From the human T2T-CHM13v2.0 reference genome, Homo sapiens: 64,000 nucleotides of DNA. The stretch is from assembly GCF_009914755.1 (NCBI RefSeq), contig NC_060929.1, one strand, 5' to 3'. Positions 11,408 through 24,783 of this stretch are shown piece after piece. The notes beneath the pieces are model-generated. The model was not told where the DNA came from, made no database searches, and was given only the letters and a program-made list of their open reading frames with translations. The translations under genes and the position numbers were made by a program. How positions within the stretch are numbered: the stretch's first letter is position 1; each line of letters opens with the position of its first letter.

Positions 11408-13429
11408 TTTATAGTTATTTTGAAATGTGTACATTCTGTCTTTAATCCTGAGGGCATGTTTCTTGTGTGGTTTTCTTTTCTTTTTTTGTTCGTTTGTATT
11501 CCTATTGGAGGAAATAGTAGGAGATGGAGACCTAGGTAGCTATCTTTTTCCCCCAACTACCTGGTTTCTATTTTTTCTTCATTCTCTGAGCACTTGTTTA
11601 CTTTTTGGCATAAGAAGATATTCCAATCTCATCTTGAATGTTGCTTTCTACATTCCTGGAATAAACCCTTTTCCCTAGGAGTCCTGGTTTCTTTTAGTGG
11701 GGAAAATATCTGAACATTCAACCAATTTACTATATATGGAATTTTAGGTTTCACAGTATTTGCAATTACAAATAATGCTGCAATGGATAACTTTGAATAG
11801 GTGTATTTTTGTAACATGGGTGTCTTCACGCTGAATTTTTGGAAATGAGATTTCCAGGCCAAAATGTAAATGTACCTGTTATATTATATATTTTTGTTAT
11901 ATATTGCCAATATAAATATAAATTTATATTTCTAGAAATTTCCTCTGTGGATCTTGTATCATTTTGCATATCCAGCAGAAACATAGGAGGATGTCAGCTT
12001 CTACTTAATCTGGGTAACAGAGTTTGTTCTCAGACTTTTGTATTTTTATTATTCTGATAGGTAAGAAATGATATCTAGGGTGCTTTTATATTTCTCTAAA
12101 AAGAGTTAAATTAAACATCTTTCATATGTTTAACAGCTATTGTATTGTTAGGACCTGTTTTCTGTGCTGAAGATGAATTTTACTTTGCTTCTTCTTCTTT
12201 ATGTAAAATTATATCTGTCTGCATACAGTCAACTTCTGAAATAGTACAGTGATAAATACTATCTTCAAATGATGCAAGGTACTTAAAAGGAAGTATTGCC
12301 TTACCTTTTAAACATGAAGTGAATTGAAATATTGGTGATGTTACATATACCACATAGGAATAAAAAGTAATGAAAAATGCTTTTTGATGAATCAGTCTGA
12401 TTATTTAGTAGTCACATAATACATATATAATGTAACTTGAGCCTGTACAACTAGGGTTTCAACTATATATATTTTTAAAGCAGTAATTTTTAAGCCTGGC
12501 TATAGAGCCACTTCTGCTATACCACCGGATTTGAAAACATTGAAATCTTGGTTGAAATCATTTCAACATTTAAAAACTTGGTTAATGAGAGGATCACCTG
12601 AGGCCACAAATTGAAGACGAGTCTGGGTAACATAGCAAGACCCTGTCTTAACTAAGTAACTAACTAACTACACCACCGCCCCCCCAAACACACACACACC
12701 ACACATATATACACACATGCTTTAATCTATCAAAAAAAAAACCATGAGTTTGTTCCCACACAATTGACATATTAGGAACGATTTGAGCTTAACGTTAATT
12801 TTGCATTTGTTTATGTCTGAAACCTGAAGAAGCACTAGGTGAATGCAGAAAACTATAACTAGCTTAACCATGCTGCGTAGGAATACATAGTAGACACACA
12901 CTTCAGTCCTTTACTGGCTACCTTCATTTACCTTTTTGTTGTGAGCCACACTCATCCACATGTGGCATTTCAACTTTCTGTCAAATTTTGAATAACTCTC
13001 CCCTTTACAGAATTCGCAAGTTGCAACCTTTCTGAAGTCGACTTTGACAAGCAAGCTTCAGGTCTTTTCAAAATGAAGTGCCATGTTAATATAGTAGTCA
13101 TGTGCTTCTTAACGTTTAATATGTGTAAAACTATGCAAAGTTTTTTCTGTTAGGTTTCTGTTTTTAAAAAAATGTGTCCCTGATTAGTTTCTTGAGTATT
13201 ATGCCTTTAACCCCATTTGTCCATAAGCCCTGTGGTTTTTATTCTGTAATTTTTGTACAATCTCATGGTTATTAGGCACAAAAATATTTTGTTACAGTAG
13301 AGCTTATACATTAGAATTAGTTGTGGAGCTTTAAAGTACTGATGTATAGACCCCATCCAAAGCCTGTTAAATAAGAATCTATGGCCTTAGAGCCAATAAT
13401 TGGTATTTTTAAAAAGTTTGCAGTTGTTT

Positions 13430-13711
13430 GACTGGGCATGGTGGCTCATGCCTGTAATCCAGCACTCTGGGAGGCTGAGGTGGGCAGATCACTTGAGCGC
13501 AGGAGTTCAAGATCAGCCTGGGCAACGTGGCAAAATCCCATCTCTACCAAAAATAAAAGAAAATTAGCTGAGCATGGTGGCCTGGTCCTGTAGTCCCAGC
13601 TACTTGGGAAGCTGAGGTGGGAGGATCACTTTAGCCCAGGAGGCAGAGGTTGCAGTTAGCAGAGATCATGCCACTGCACTCCATCCTGGGCAACAGAGCA
13701 AGACACTGTCT

Positions 13712-13743
<32 letters not shown>
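13430..13743 (+). mobile_element. Alu (J-like) with long A tail, inserted in a MER5A-like fragment
   Basis: Alu dimer. TSD aaagtttgcagttg / aaagcttgcagttg. Confidence 0.9.
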
Positions 13744-13746
<3 letters not shown>

Positions 13747-14751
13747 TGCAGTTGCTTCTTATTGCAGCCAGAGTTGTGAACCACTAGTCCAGGGAAACCG
13801 TGAAGCTTTGAAGAAAATGAAGAGAGGCTCTTATGAATGGGAAGTATCTAAAATTTCCTTTGAACTTGCGATTGAATCTTTGAAAACTTCAGCTTTAGGG
13901 GAATTTAAGGAGTTGTCTTCTGGATTTCTATATTCCATAAAGACACAGAGACTCCAAAAACATTCTTCTTATGTAATGGGCAAACTCACAATAAAAACTG
14001 TTGTTTCACAGAACCATTTATTTTGAGTTATTGTGTAGTGCACAGACTATGCATTCTTCATGGAATTTTTATGTTGTATTTAAAAAAATTCAAGCAAAAA
14101 GAAAGCAAACAAGTAGTTGGAGGTGTAGTCTGCAGTGAAAAGCTATTTATAACAACTATTATTTAGGTATTTTTCAAGCTTGAGTCATCTTCGTGATTTA
14201 TTTTCAATGTTTTAGTATAATTATAGCTCCAGTAGTAGTTTGTTCTTTAATCCAGTGTTGTAGAATAAATACTTTTGGTATAATAAACTCAGAGCACTTA
14301 AATTAATACCTGTTTATGGAATACTGATTTACCTCACTACACAGCTGTTAGTTCAAATTTAGAGGGCAAGAAAGGACTAATATGCATTTCTAAAAGTTAT
14401 GTATTTTCCCCTTATGTGTAGTTTTCTCTTTTTCAAAAGTTGCATGCAGAGTTTACTTTCTTTATATCATGTATTAATCTTAGTATAACTGGTACTATTT
14501 ACCTCTATAGTCTTCCTAAGCATAAAATAGGCATTGTAGGGTTTATGTTAATTATTTTAGAAGCCTGAGATGCTATTTAATGTATGCAATGATCTCGTTT
14601 TTGGGGTAGATGAGAATAAAATTTCTGTAAATTGAATTATTATTCCTCCTTTTTATTATGAAATAGGTGATGTGTTTATTTCTAGGAACCATTTTATTTT
14701 TGGTCACAAAACAACACTGCCAAAGAATCGCATTTAAGAATTTAGAAAATT

Positions 14752-15060
14752 GGCCATATGCGGTAGCTGACGCCTGTAATATTAGCACTTTGGGAGGCCA
14801 AGGAGGGTGGATTGCTTGAGCTCAGGAGTTCTAGACCAGCCTGGACATCATGGTGAAATCCCATCTCTACAAAAAATACAAAAAGAAAATTAGTTGGGCA
14901 TGGTGGTGTGCGGTGTATTCCTGTGGTCCCAGCTGCTCAGGATGCTGAGGTGGGAGAATCACCTAAGCCCGGGAAGTCAAGGCTTCTGTGAGCCGTGATT
15001 GTGCCACTGCACTCTAACCTGGGTGACAGAGCAAGACTTTCTCCAAAAAAAAGATAAAAA
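14752..15060 (+). mobile_element. AluJ-like
   Basis: Diverged Alu dimer. Confidence 0.88.
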
Positions 15061-15625
15061 GAATAAATCTTTTGAAATCACATTTTACATTTCAGGTAAA
15101 AGCAATATTTTTAATAATATTAATATTAATATACAACTCAGAATTCTGAAAAATGTTCTAAAATTTTAAAATCTCAAATTAGTAATTTGTTTTCCTGGGG
15201 CATTGGGAAATGTGTGCTGTCTTTTTCACTGTGTTAAAGTAGTCCTATTTCTAATTATCCAGTGAGATATTGGGGCGGTTAGATAAGATGATAATTTTAT
15301 TTAATTGTTCTGTTCAGGGAGATTTGAGAGATGGGTCATTACTTTAGTTAGAAAGGCAGTTACAGTGAGAGGCCTCTTTCATTTTCATATCCATAGCTTC
15401 TCACAGAGCATGTCATATCAAGAGTGACTCACTAATCTTGCCCTACAAGGACTTCTTTTTAGATGTGCTCATACTACAAAGTAGGTAGCCTAAAGGAGTA
15501 GATAGCTTTTCCTATGGCTCTTCACTTCTAATTTAATGATTAAGTACTAAATAGAAATTAAAGATTACTATGTAATTTGTAACCAGTTTAATAATATTCT
15601 CCTTAGTTTAACCTAGATAGTTATT

Positions 15626-15934
15626 CTTTTTTATTTTTAGAAACAGGGTCTAGCTCTGTCGCTTAGGCTGGAGTGCAGTGGTGTGCTCATAGCTCACTGT
15701 AGCCTTTAACTCCTGGGCTTAAGTGATCCTCTCACCTCAGCCTCCCGAGTAGCAGGGACTGCAGGTGTGCACCACCATGCTCAGCTTTTTTTTTTTTTTT
15801 TTTTTAATTTTTAGAGCTGGGATCTGACTCTTTTGCCCACGCTCGTCTTGAACTTTTGGGCTCAAGTGATCCTCCTGCCTCAGCCTGTAATTCCAAAGTG
15901 CTGGGATTATAGGCATGTCCCACTGCACCTGGCT
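15626..15934 (-). mobile_element. AluJ-like
   Basis: Reverse Alu. TSD ag(a/g)tagttattctt. Confidence 0.88.
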
Positions 15935-17450
15935 AGGTAGTTATTCTTAAAGTAGTTTGTAGATATTAAGACCTTTAGGTTCCCACACTGCTCCCTCCAA
16001 GCATCAGGTTATGTCAGGTGTAACACATTAAGAATTAGTTTTGTATTTGAATGTGAGCTCTTCCATTATTTAGGTGTGTGACTTTAGGCAGATTAATTTA
16101 TCTGACATTCAAACTCCACATTTATAAGATGAAGGTATTTTCTTCATAGTGTTGATAAAAGGAGTAAATAAGAGAAGGCCTGCTGCGAGTGTGCAAGAGG
16201 TTGGTAATATTAATAAGTGAAGCCCCAGTATGTAAAAGAGGCAGAGAGCGTCTCTCTCATTTAGATAAGCAAAGTTAGCTTTAATAGGAGTCAGGTTGGA
16301 AAGAACTAATGGAGACCATCAATTCCACCTGTTCATTCTATGTGAGAGAGAAAAAAAGCATTTTTTTAAAATAGAGATTCAGAAGAAGGAAGTGTCTTGA
16401 GTATATAGATTAGTTTATACCTTCTGGGAGTAAGAACTGAGTTTTAATTTTTTTCCCCCAGAAGTCTATTTGAGGAGTTTGAAAAAAGATAGATAAGGCA
16501 GTAGATGAAAAGGTTGATTGGGTTGGAGGAGGAAAGAGAGGACTTTGTTTTTTAAAAAAATATTGAGCTGATGGGGCCAATGAAGGATAATCTGGAACTA
16601 CAGGAAATAGAAAATAACAGAACGGCTTGTCTAGGACATGGAAAGGGAATGGGAAAGAGTGGAGAGCAGGAATATAAAAAAAAGAAGCTAAAGAAGAGAT
16701 AAAAATCTCCCAGAATCCTAACTATAGTTCATTCTTCTCTTTAAAATTTCCAAATAGGCCATTATTGTTTTAACAGTCCTCTACTAGAGCTGGATCAACA
16801 AAGGAATCTTCTCTGGACGTGAGCTATAAAAGTCAAGGAGTTTGTGAGGATGGCACTAAATAAGGAAGTAGCTATTAATAAATAGGAAAAGATCACAGGA
16901 TGCTGGAACTGAAAGGGACTGTGAAGGTATTTTATTCAATGCTTAATTTTTGGTAGGAGAAAACTGCTGAGGTTAGGCGATTTACTTCTGAAGAATAAAG
17001 GTGACTATGGCTGGTTATTTTTCTGGTTACTGTTCTTCAAAAGAAGAACAAGAAAGGTGGCCCTTAAGTCCAAGAGGAATAAAAGCAATTGAGGAGCACC
17101 AAGAAGCTGGAAAAGTATTGGGAAAGAAAAGGTAATATAATTTCTTAATTTCTTTTCTGGCCTGTTCTGTGTTTAGATACTTAGATTTACCTTTTTAATA
17201 CCAGTAGTAATATCCCGGTAGTCATGTGGTTCTCTAACTTTTGAGACTGGACCGTAACTGAGCTAATGCAGCTCAGCATCTTTGGTACCAGTCATTAGAA
17301 ACCAATTATTTAATTTGATTATATTGGTTTTATTTAAAAAATTTAGTCTTTGTCCACATATTATTTTTGCTTTCATTTGGATTCATTTTGGTTATTATAT
17401 TAGTGTTTGATGATCTGAGAATCTGAAATACTTGAAATAACAGAGTCTTA

Positions 17451-17729
17451 GGCCAGGTGCAGTGGCTCACGCCTGTAATCCCAGCACTTTGGGAGGCCAA
17501 GGTGGGCGAATCACTTGGGACCAGCCTGGCCAACATGGTGAAACCCTGTCTTTACTAAAAATACAAAAATTAGCCGAGCATGGTGGCACATGCCTGTAAT
17601 CCCAGCTACTCGGGAGGTTGAGGCAAGAGAATCACTTGAACCCAGGAGGTGGAAAGTATAGTGAGCCAGGATTGCTCCACTGTACTCCAGCCTGGGTGAT
17701 AGAGTGAGACTACGTCTCAAAAAAAATAA
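17451..17729 (+). mobile_element. AluS-like
   Basis: GGCCAGGTGCAGTGGCTCACGCCTGTAATCCCAGC... with a small internal deletion. Confidence 0.9.
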
Positions 17730-18920
17730 CATGGTCTTAAAAGTTTCAACCTTTCTATTGTTAGAAAGGCTTTAACCAAGAGAAAGTGAAATTCTGCTGA
17801 CATTGAAGGTCATACTTAACTCAGATGATTCACCTTCCTCTGATTTATCAAGTAACCTTAGTCCTTTGGTTCTTTAAAAACCTTCACCAGATAGGAACAT
17901 GCTTATAAATCTGGACACCAAGACATAAATGATCCGGGGAAAGAGACTAGTCAATTCCTGCTGTATTTATAGGGGAAAATTTTTAAATGTTATAAGAAAA
18001 ATGAAGATATCCAAGAACTCATTACAATGAGTTATACCGTTGAAGGAGTTTCATATATGTAAACAGTTTTTGAAAATTATTATATTATCACTATGAAAAT
18101 TTTAATATCCCAAGGCTGACACAAATATGGTAGTGGTAGTCTTGCCTTTTTCATGCTTCTTGTGCTTGGGTTCATTGAGCTTCTTTGATCTGTATTTATT
18201 TTTCATCCAATTTTGAAAAATTTTAGCCATTATTCTTTGAATACTTTCCTTGTCTCTCCCTCTGTCTCCTTAGAGGTTTCCAAGTACACACATATTATTT
18301 TTGTTATTAAATTCTATAATATAATTATTTCATTTTTTAAGAAAAATTATATGTATTTATGGTATACCTTGTAATATTTTGATATATGTTGTATAATGAT
18401 TACCACAATCAAGTTAATTAACTTATCTGTCACCTCACATAGTTATTATTTCTTTTCATGAGGAGAACACTTAAGATACGTACTCTCTTAGCAAATTCAA
18501 AGTGTATAATAAATTATTATTAACTCTAGTTATCATGGTGTACATTAGATCTTCAGGACTTTTTAATCCTGCATAACTGAAACTTTGTTCCCTTTGACCA
18601 AAATGTCCCCATTTTCTTCACCCCTATCCCCTGGCAATCATCATTCTATTCTCTTTTTCTGAATTTGACTTTTTAAAATTCCACATATGGGTGAGATCAT
18701 GCAATATTTGTCTTTTTATGCCTGGCTTTTTCACTTAGCATAATGCCCTCTAGATTAATCCCTGTTCTCAAAAATGGCAGGATTTCCTTCTTTTTTATGA
18801 TTGAATAATATTCCATTATATATGTGTATACACACACACACACATTTTATTTACTATAATTTCTTTATCTATTCATTTGTTGAGGGTTGTTCCTATATCT
18901 TGCCTATTATGAATAATGCC

Positions 18921-19840
18921 TGTCCTAGTCCAAGTTCTGTTGGTATAATAGAATTCCTGATATTGGGCATTTTATAAAGAAAGAGGTTTATTTAGCTTAT
19001 AGTTCTGTAGGCTGGGAAGTTCAAGGTCATCACCCTGGCTTCCGGTGAGAACTATTGTGCTGTGTCATAACACAGGGAGAAAAATAAAGGGAAGTGGACA
19101 TATGCAAAGAGAGAAAATCCAGGGACTTTATAGCAATCCACTTTTGTGGGAACTAATCCATTGCTACAAGAGCTAATCTAGTCTTGCCAGAGTGAGAACT
19201 CACTATTCTGAGAATGGCACCAAGCCACCCACATAGTAGCAGCCCTCATGACCCAAACACCTTCCATTAGGCCCTACCTACCAATACCACCACATTGGGG
19301 ATCAAATTTTATTTTATTTATTTTATTTAATTTAATTTAATTTTATTTTATTTTATTTTATTTTATTTATTTTATTTTATGTTATTTTATGTTATTTTAT
19401 GTTATTTTATGTTATTTTTGAGACAGAGTCTCGTTCTGTCGCCTAGGCTGGAATACAGTGGCGCCATCTCGGCTCACTGCAGCCTCTGCCTCTTGGGTTC
19501 AAGTGATTCTCCTGCCTCAGCCTCCTGGCTGGAATGCAGTGGCGCCATCTCGGCTCACTGCAGCCTCTGCCTCTTGGGTTCAAGTGATTCTCCTGCCTCA
19601 GCCTCCTGAGTAGCTGGGATCACAGGTGGCCTGCCACCATGGCCAGCTAATTTTTGTATTTTTAGTAGAGACAGGATTTCACTATGTTGGCCAGGCTTGG
19701 ACTTCTGACCTTAAGTGATCTGCCCCCCTTGGCCTCCCAAAGTCCTGGGATTACAGGCATGAACCACTGTGCCTGGCCTGGGGATCAAACTTTAACGTGA
19801 GTTTTGGTGGGGACAAACAAATAATATGCAAGCTGTAGCA
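18921..19840 (-). mobile_element. MST/MLT1A-type MaLR solo LTR split by an Alu
   Basis: tgtcctagtcc...ttataaagaaagaggtttatttagc...ggctgggaagttcaagg; resumes after the Alu at ggggatcaaac...gtggggacaaac. Confidence 0.7.
19307..19778 (-). mobile_element. AluS with 81-bp internal tandem duplication and (TTTTA)n/(TTATGTTATT)n tail
   Basis: Duplicate copies at 19446-19526 and 19527-19607. TSD tggggatcaaa. Confidence 0.9.
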
Positions 19841-21405
19841 ATATGACAATGAACATGAGATTACAGGTATCTTTTTGTTGTATTGATTTTGTTTTCTTTG
19901 GCTATGTAACCAGAAGAGGGCTTGTTAGATCATATAACAGTTCTATTTTTAATTTTTTGAGGAACCTCGATATGTTTTACATAATGGGTGTCCTAATTTA
20001 CATTTCCATCAACAGTGTATAGTGCTCCTTTTCTTCACATCTTTGTCAACACTTATCTTTTGTCTTTTTTATAATAGCCATCTTAATAGGTGTGAGGTGA
20101 TAGGTCATTGTGGTTTTGATTTGTAGTTACCTGATGATTAGTGATACTGAGCACCTTTTCATATATCCTTTGGTCATTTGTGTATCTTCTTTGGAAGAAT
20201 ATCTGCTCAGGTCCTTTGCAGATTTTGAAAACTGAGCTATTTTTTTCTGTGTGCTGTTGAGTTGTGTTAGTTCCTTACATATTTATATCAGTTCCCTTAT
20301 TAGATATATAATTTGCAAATATTTTTTCCCATTCTTTAGATTGCCTTTTTATTTGGTTATTTCCTTTGCTGTGTAGAAGCTTTTTAGTTTGGTGCAGTCT
20401 CACTTGTTTAATTTTGCTTTTGTTGTCTGTGCTTTTGGTGTCATCTTCAAAAAATCATTGCCAACAGCAGTGTCAGGGAACTTTTCCTTTATTTTTTCTT
20501 CTAGGAGTTTTATGGATTCAGGTCTTATATTTAAGTCTTTAGTTCTTTTTGAGTTGATTTTTGTGTATGGTCTAAGATAGGGATCCAGTTTCATTCTCTT
20601 ACATGTGGATATCCAGTTTTCCCAACACTGTTTATTGAAGAGACTATCTTTTCCCTATTGTGTATTCTTGGTGCCCTTGTCAAAGATGAGTTGATTGTAT
20701 ATGTGTGGGTTTATTTTTCTGTGCTCCCTCTATTCTTCCATTGGCCCATGTATCTGTTTTTATGCTAGTATTATATTATTTTGATTAATATACCTTTGGA
20801 AATATAGTTTGGAAAAAGGAAGTATGATGCCTCCAGCTTTATTCTTTGTAAAGATTGTTTTAGCATTCAGGGTATTTTATGGCTCCATAAGAAGTTTAGG
20901 ATTTTTTTTTTCTATTTCAAAATTCTAATGTCGTTTTTTATCATTGAAATTTTAATTAGGAATTCTGATAGAATTGCTTTCAATCTGTAGATTGTTTTGG
21001 GTGGTATGGATATTTTAATGATCATTCTTTCAATTCATGAACGTAAACATATTTTCCATTTATCTGTGCCTTCTTCAACTTCTTTCATCAATATCTTATA
21101 GTTTTCAGTGCAAAGACCTTTCACTTCCTTGGTTAAATTTATTCCTATGTATCGTATTATTTTTGATGCTAATTTGGGAGTGTTTTCCTAATTTCTTTTT
21201 TGGATAGTTTGTTGTTACTGTATAGAAATGTTACTGATTGTTTTTATACTCCTGGCAGGAAAAGAAATAAATTTTAAAAAAGAAAAAAGAAAAACAAATG
21301 TTATTGATCTTTATATGTTGATTTTTTAATCCTACAATTTTACAGAATTCACTTATTAATTCAGTTTTTTAAAATTGGAGAGTCACAGGTTTCTACATAC
21401 GAGAT

Positions 21406-22478
21406 TATCGGGGGACCTGCCCCGATAATCACGTAGGTTCTTTTCTATTTTCCTAAGCGTCGGCTGGCTTGAGAAATAAAAGGACAGAGTACAAAAGAGA
21501 TAAATTTTAAAGTTGGGCATCTGGGGGAGACATCACACATTGGTAGGATCTGTGATGCCCCACAAGCCACAAAAACCAGCAAGTTTTTATTAGGGAGTTT
21601 CAAAAGGGGAGGGAGTGTGCGAATAGGTGTGGGTGACAGACAAAAAGTACTTAACAGGGTAATAGAATATCACAAGGCAAGTGGAGGCAGGGCGAGATCA
21701 CAGGACCACAGGACGGAGGCGAAATTAAAATTGCTAATGAAGTTTTGGGCACCACCGTCATTGATAACATCTTATCAGGAGACAGAGTTTTGAGATCAAC
21801 CGGTCTGACCAAAATTTATTAGGTGGGAATTTCCTCTTCCTAATAAGCCTGGGAGCGCTATGGGAGACTGGAGTTTATTTCACCCCTGCAGTCTCAACCA
21901 TAAGAGACAGGTACGCCCCGGGGGGCCCAGTTCAGAGACGTACCCCTAGGTGCGCATTCTCTTTCTGGGGGACGTTCCATGCTGAAAGAAAGAATTCAGC
22001 AATATTTCTCCCATTTGGGCTTTTGAAAGAAGAGAAATATGGCTCTGTTCTGCCCAGCTCACCGGCGGTCAGAGTTTAAGGTTATCTCTCTTATTCCCTG
22101 AACAATTGCTGTTATCCTGTTCTTTTTTCAGGGTGCCCACATTTCATATTGCTCAAACACACATGCTGTGCAATTTGTGTAGTTAACGCAATTATTACAG
22201 GGTCCTGGAAGGATATACATCCTCCTCAGCTGACAGGATTAAGAGATTAAAGTAAAGACAGGCATAGGAAATCACAAGGGTATTGATTGGGGAAGTGATA
22301 AGTGTCCATGAAATCTTTACAATTTATGCTTAGAGATTACAGTAAAGACAGGCATAAGAAATTACCAAAGTATTAATTTGGGGGAACCAATAAATGTCCA
22401 TAAAATCTTCATAATCCACGTTCTTCTGTCATGGCTTCAGCCGGTTCCTCCATTTGGGGTCCCTGACTTCCCGCAACA
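21406..22478 (-). mobile_element. MER11 (HERV-K11/HML-8) solo LTR
   Basis: Ends GGGGTCCCTGACTTCCCGCAACA (reverse complement of MER11 start TGTTGCGGGAAGTCAGGGACCCC). ~1.07 kb. 6-bp TSD CGAGAT/CAAGAT. Confidence 0.92.
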
Positions 22479-23024
22479 CAAGATCCTGTCTATTGTAGAC
22501 AGTCATACTTTTCTTTCTGATTTGGATTTTTAAAATTTCTTTTTATTGCCTAATTGCTCTGGCTAGGACTTTTAGTATGCCATTAAATGGAAGTGAGAGT
22601 GAGCATCCTTTTCTTTTTTCCGATTTTAGAGGAAAAGCTATCAGTTTTTTACCATTGACTATGTTAGCTGTGAGCTTGCCATATCTAGCCTTTATTATGT
22701 TGAGATACATTGATTCTATACTTGATTCCTTGAGAATTTTTATCATGAAAGGATGTTGAATTTTGCCCAATACTCTTTGTGCATATATTGACACGATCAC
22801 ATAAAGTTATTCATTATTCTGTTAATATAATGTGTCAAATACAAAATTATTGATTCGTGTATGTTGAACCATGCTTGCATCCCAGGGATAAATCCCACTT
22901 GCCCACTTGGTCATGGTATATGATCCTTTTAATATGTATACAATTTTGTTCTCTAGAATTATATTGAGGATTTTTACATCTGTGTTCATTAGGGATATTG
23001 GCTTGTAATTTTTCTTTCCTTTTT

Positions 23025-23165
23025 TTCCAATTTATTTTTATTTTTTGTAGACATGGTGCCTTCCTGTGTTACCCAGGCTGATCTTGAACTCCTGGGCTGA
23101 AACGGTCCTCTCGCCTCAACCTCCCAAAGTGCTGGGATTACAGGCATGGGCCTCTGCACCTGGAC
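23025..23165 (-). mobile_element. FLAM/Alu left monomer
   Basis: Single reverse Alu monomer. Confidence 0.8.
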
Positions 23166-24435
23166 AGTTCTTGTTTCTTATAGTGTCTTTGTCTGGCTTT
23201 GCTGTCAGGGTAATACTGGCTTCATAGAATGAATTTGGAAGTGTTCCCTCCTTTTCAGTTTTCTAGAGTAGTTTGAAAAGGACTGATGTCAATTCTTCTA
23301 TAAATGTTTTGTAGAATTCACTAATGAATCAAACAAAGGTCTGGGCTTTTTGATGGGAAGTGCTTGATTACTGATTCAGTCTCCCTACCTGTTTTAGTCT
23401 AGTCAGAATTTCTGTTTCTTCATGATTCAGTCTTGGTAGGTTGTATTTGTTTTTATTCCATAGCACCTTGTTCTTTGCAGACTCCCAGCTCTGTCTCCTC
23501 AATTCAGGGATTCCACAGGGTTCTGCCTCAGTTTCTCAATGTTATGGTGGTTTTAGAAACTTTTTTTTTATTCTCAATTCTTAGAGACAATTTAAGTAGC
23601 ACCAAAGTTTACTGATTCAAACAATTTAGATATTATTCAATAGCAAAACATTTGAGCTTTGCACTTTATTAGAGGTATGTTATTCATAATTGGTTTATGA
23701 CAACCATGGACTCCATGGTTATTGGTCTCTTTGAATTTCGTACTTGTAAAAGTTGGGATTCCAACAGGAAAGTGGAACTTACATGATGTAGTTCAATAGA
23801 CAGGTTTTAATTTTGGGAAAATCTTCAACACTTTTGGAAAAGCTAAAAGGAAACAGGAGAGGGAGAGAGAGTGCAAGAGTGAGAGCCTGCCAGCCTTCCT
23901 CCTATTCCTCAACCCTATCAGAAGGTAATTAGCAAGGGACAGCACAGATAAAGGGCTGGGTTTCTAACTGTGAGCAATCAAATGATCCGTACCCTATATC
24001 TTGAAGTGTCAGTCTTGGCACTTTATATTTCTCTTCAAAAGAAGAAAAAAATAGTACCCATTTCTTCCATTCTTTAGTATTTTCCTGTCAAAGTTCTCAT
24101 AAGTTATTATTAATCTATGGTTATTTCTCTTTTCTTAGACTTAATTTTAGCGACTTTATTTCCTTTTTTCTGTAATTAAGTAAGCTCTTCTTTGTTTTAT
24201 ATTTTGTCCTAGAATTTGACTTTATATTATTTGAATATAGTGACTACAGGGTCTTGTTGTTCATATTTTTCTGGGGTGTTTTCACTTGTCTTTTTGTTGT
24301 TGTGCTGTATTTTATTTCTGTTTCATACGTATTGCATATAGTGAAGTTTTGTCCCCTCTCTGATTTGATAATGTTTTCCTTTTTATAAGTGTTTATCCCA
24401 TTTTCGTATAATATTTAACAGATGGAGTTAGTATC

Positions 24436-24783
24436 TTTTTTTTTTTTTTTTTTTTCCCCCAAGACAGGCTCTTGCTCTGTCACCCAGGCTGGAGTGTAGT
24501 GGCAAAGTCATAGCTCACTGTAACCTCAAACTCCTGGGCTTAAGGGAATCTTCCAACCTCAGCCTCCTGAGTAGCTAGGACTATAGAAACAAGCCACCAT
24601 ATCCAGCTAATGTTTAAATTTAAAAACAAAGCTTTTCAAATTTTTGATTAAAAATTTTTTTTTTGTAGAGACACTGTCTTGCTACATTGCCCAGGCTACT
24701 CTCGAGCTCCTGGCCTCAAATAATCCTCCCACCTTGGCCTCCCCAAACACTGGGATTACAGATATGAGCCACTGCTCCTGGCC
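24436..24783 (-). mobile_element. AluJ-like
   Basis: Reverse Alu with expanded middle linker. Confidence 0.87.

Larger units (their letters stand above)
18335..23450 (-). mobile_element. L1MA-like element (3' UTR and ORF2), interrupted by MST/MLT1, Alu, MER11 and FLAM
   Basis: Minus ORFs MKLDPYLRPYTKINS (20400-20594) and GKIQHPFMIK (22543-22800) are L1 ORF2. L1MA 3' UTR at 18340-18920. Confidence 0.8.
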
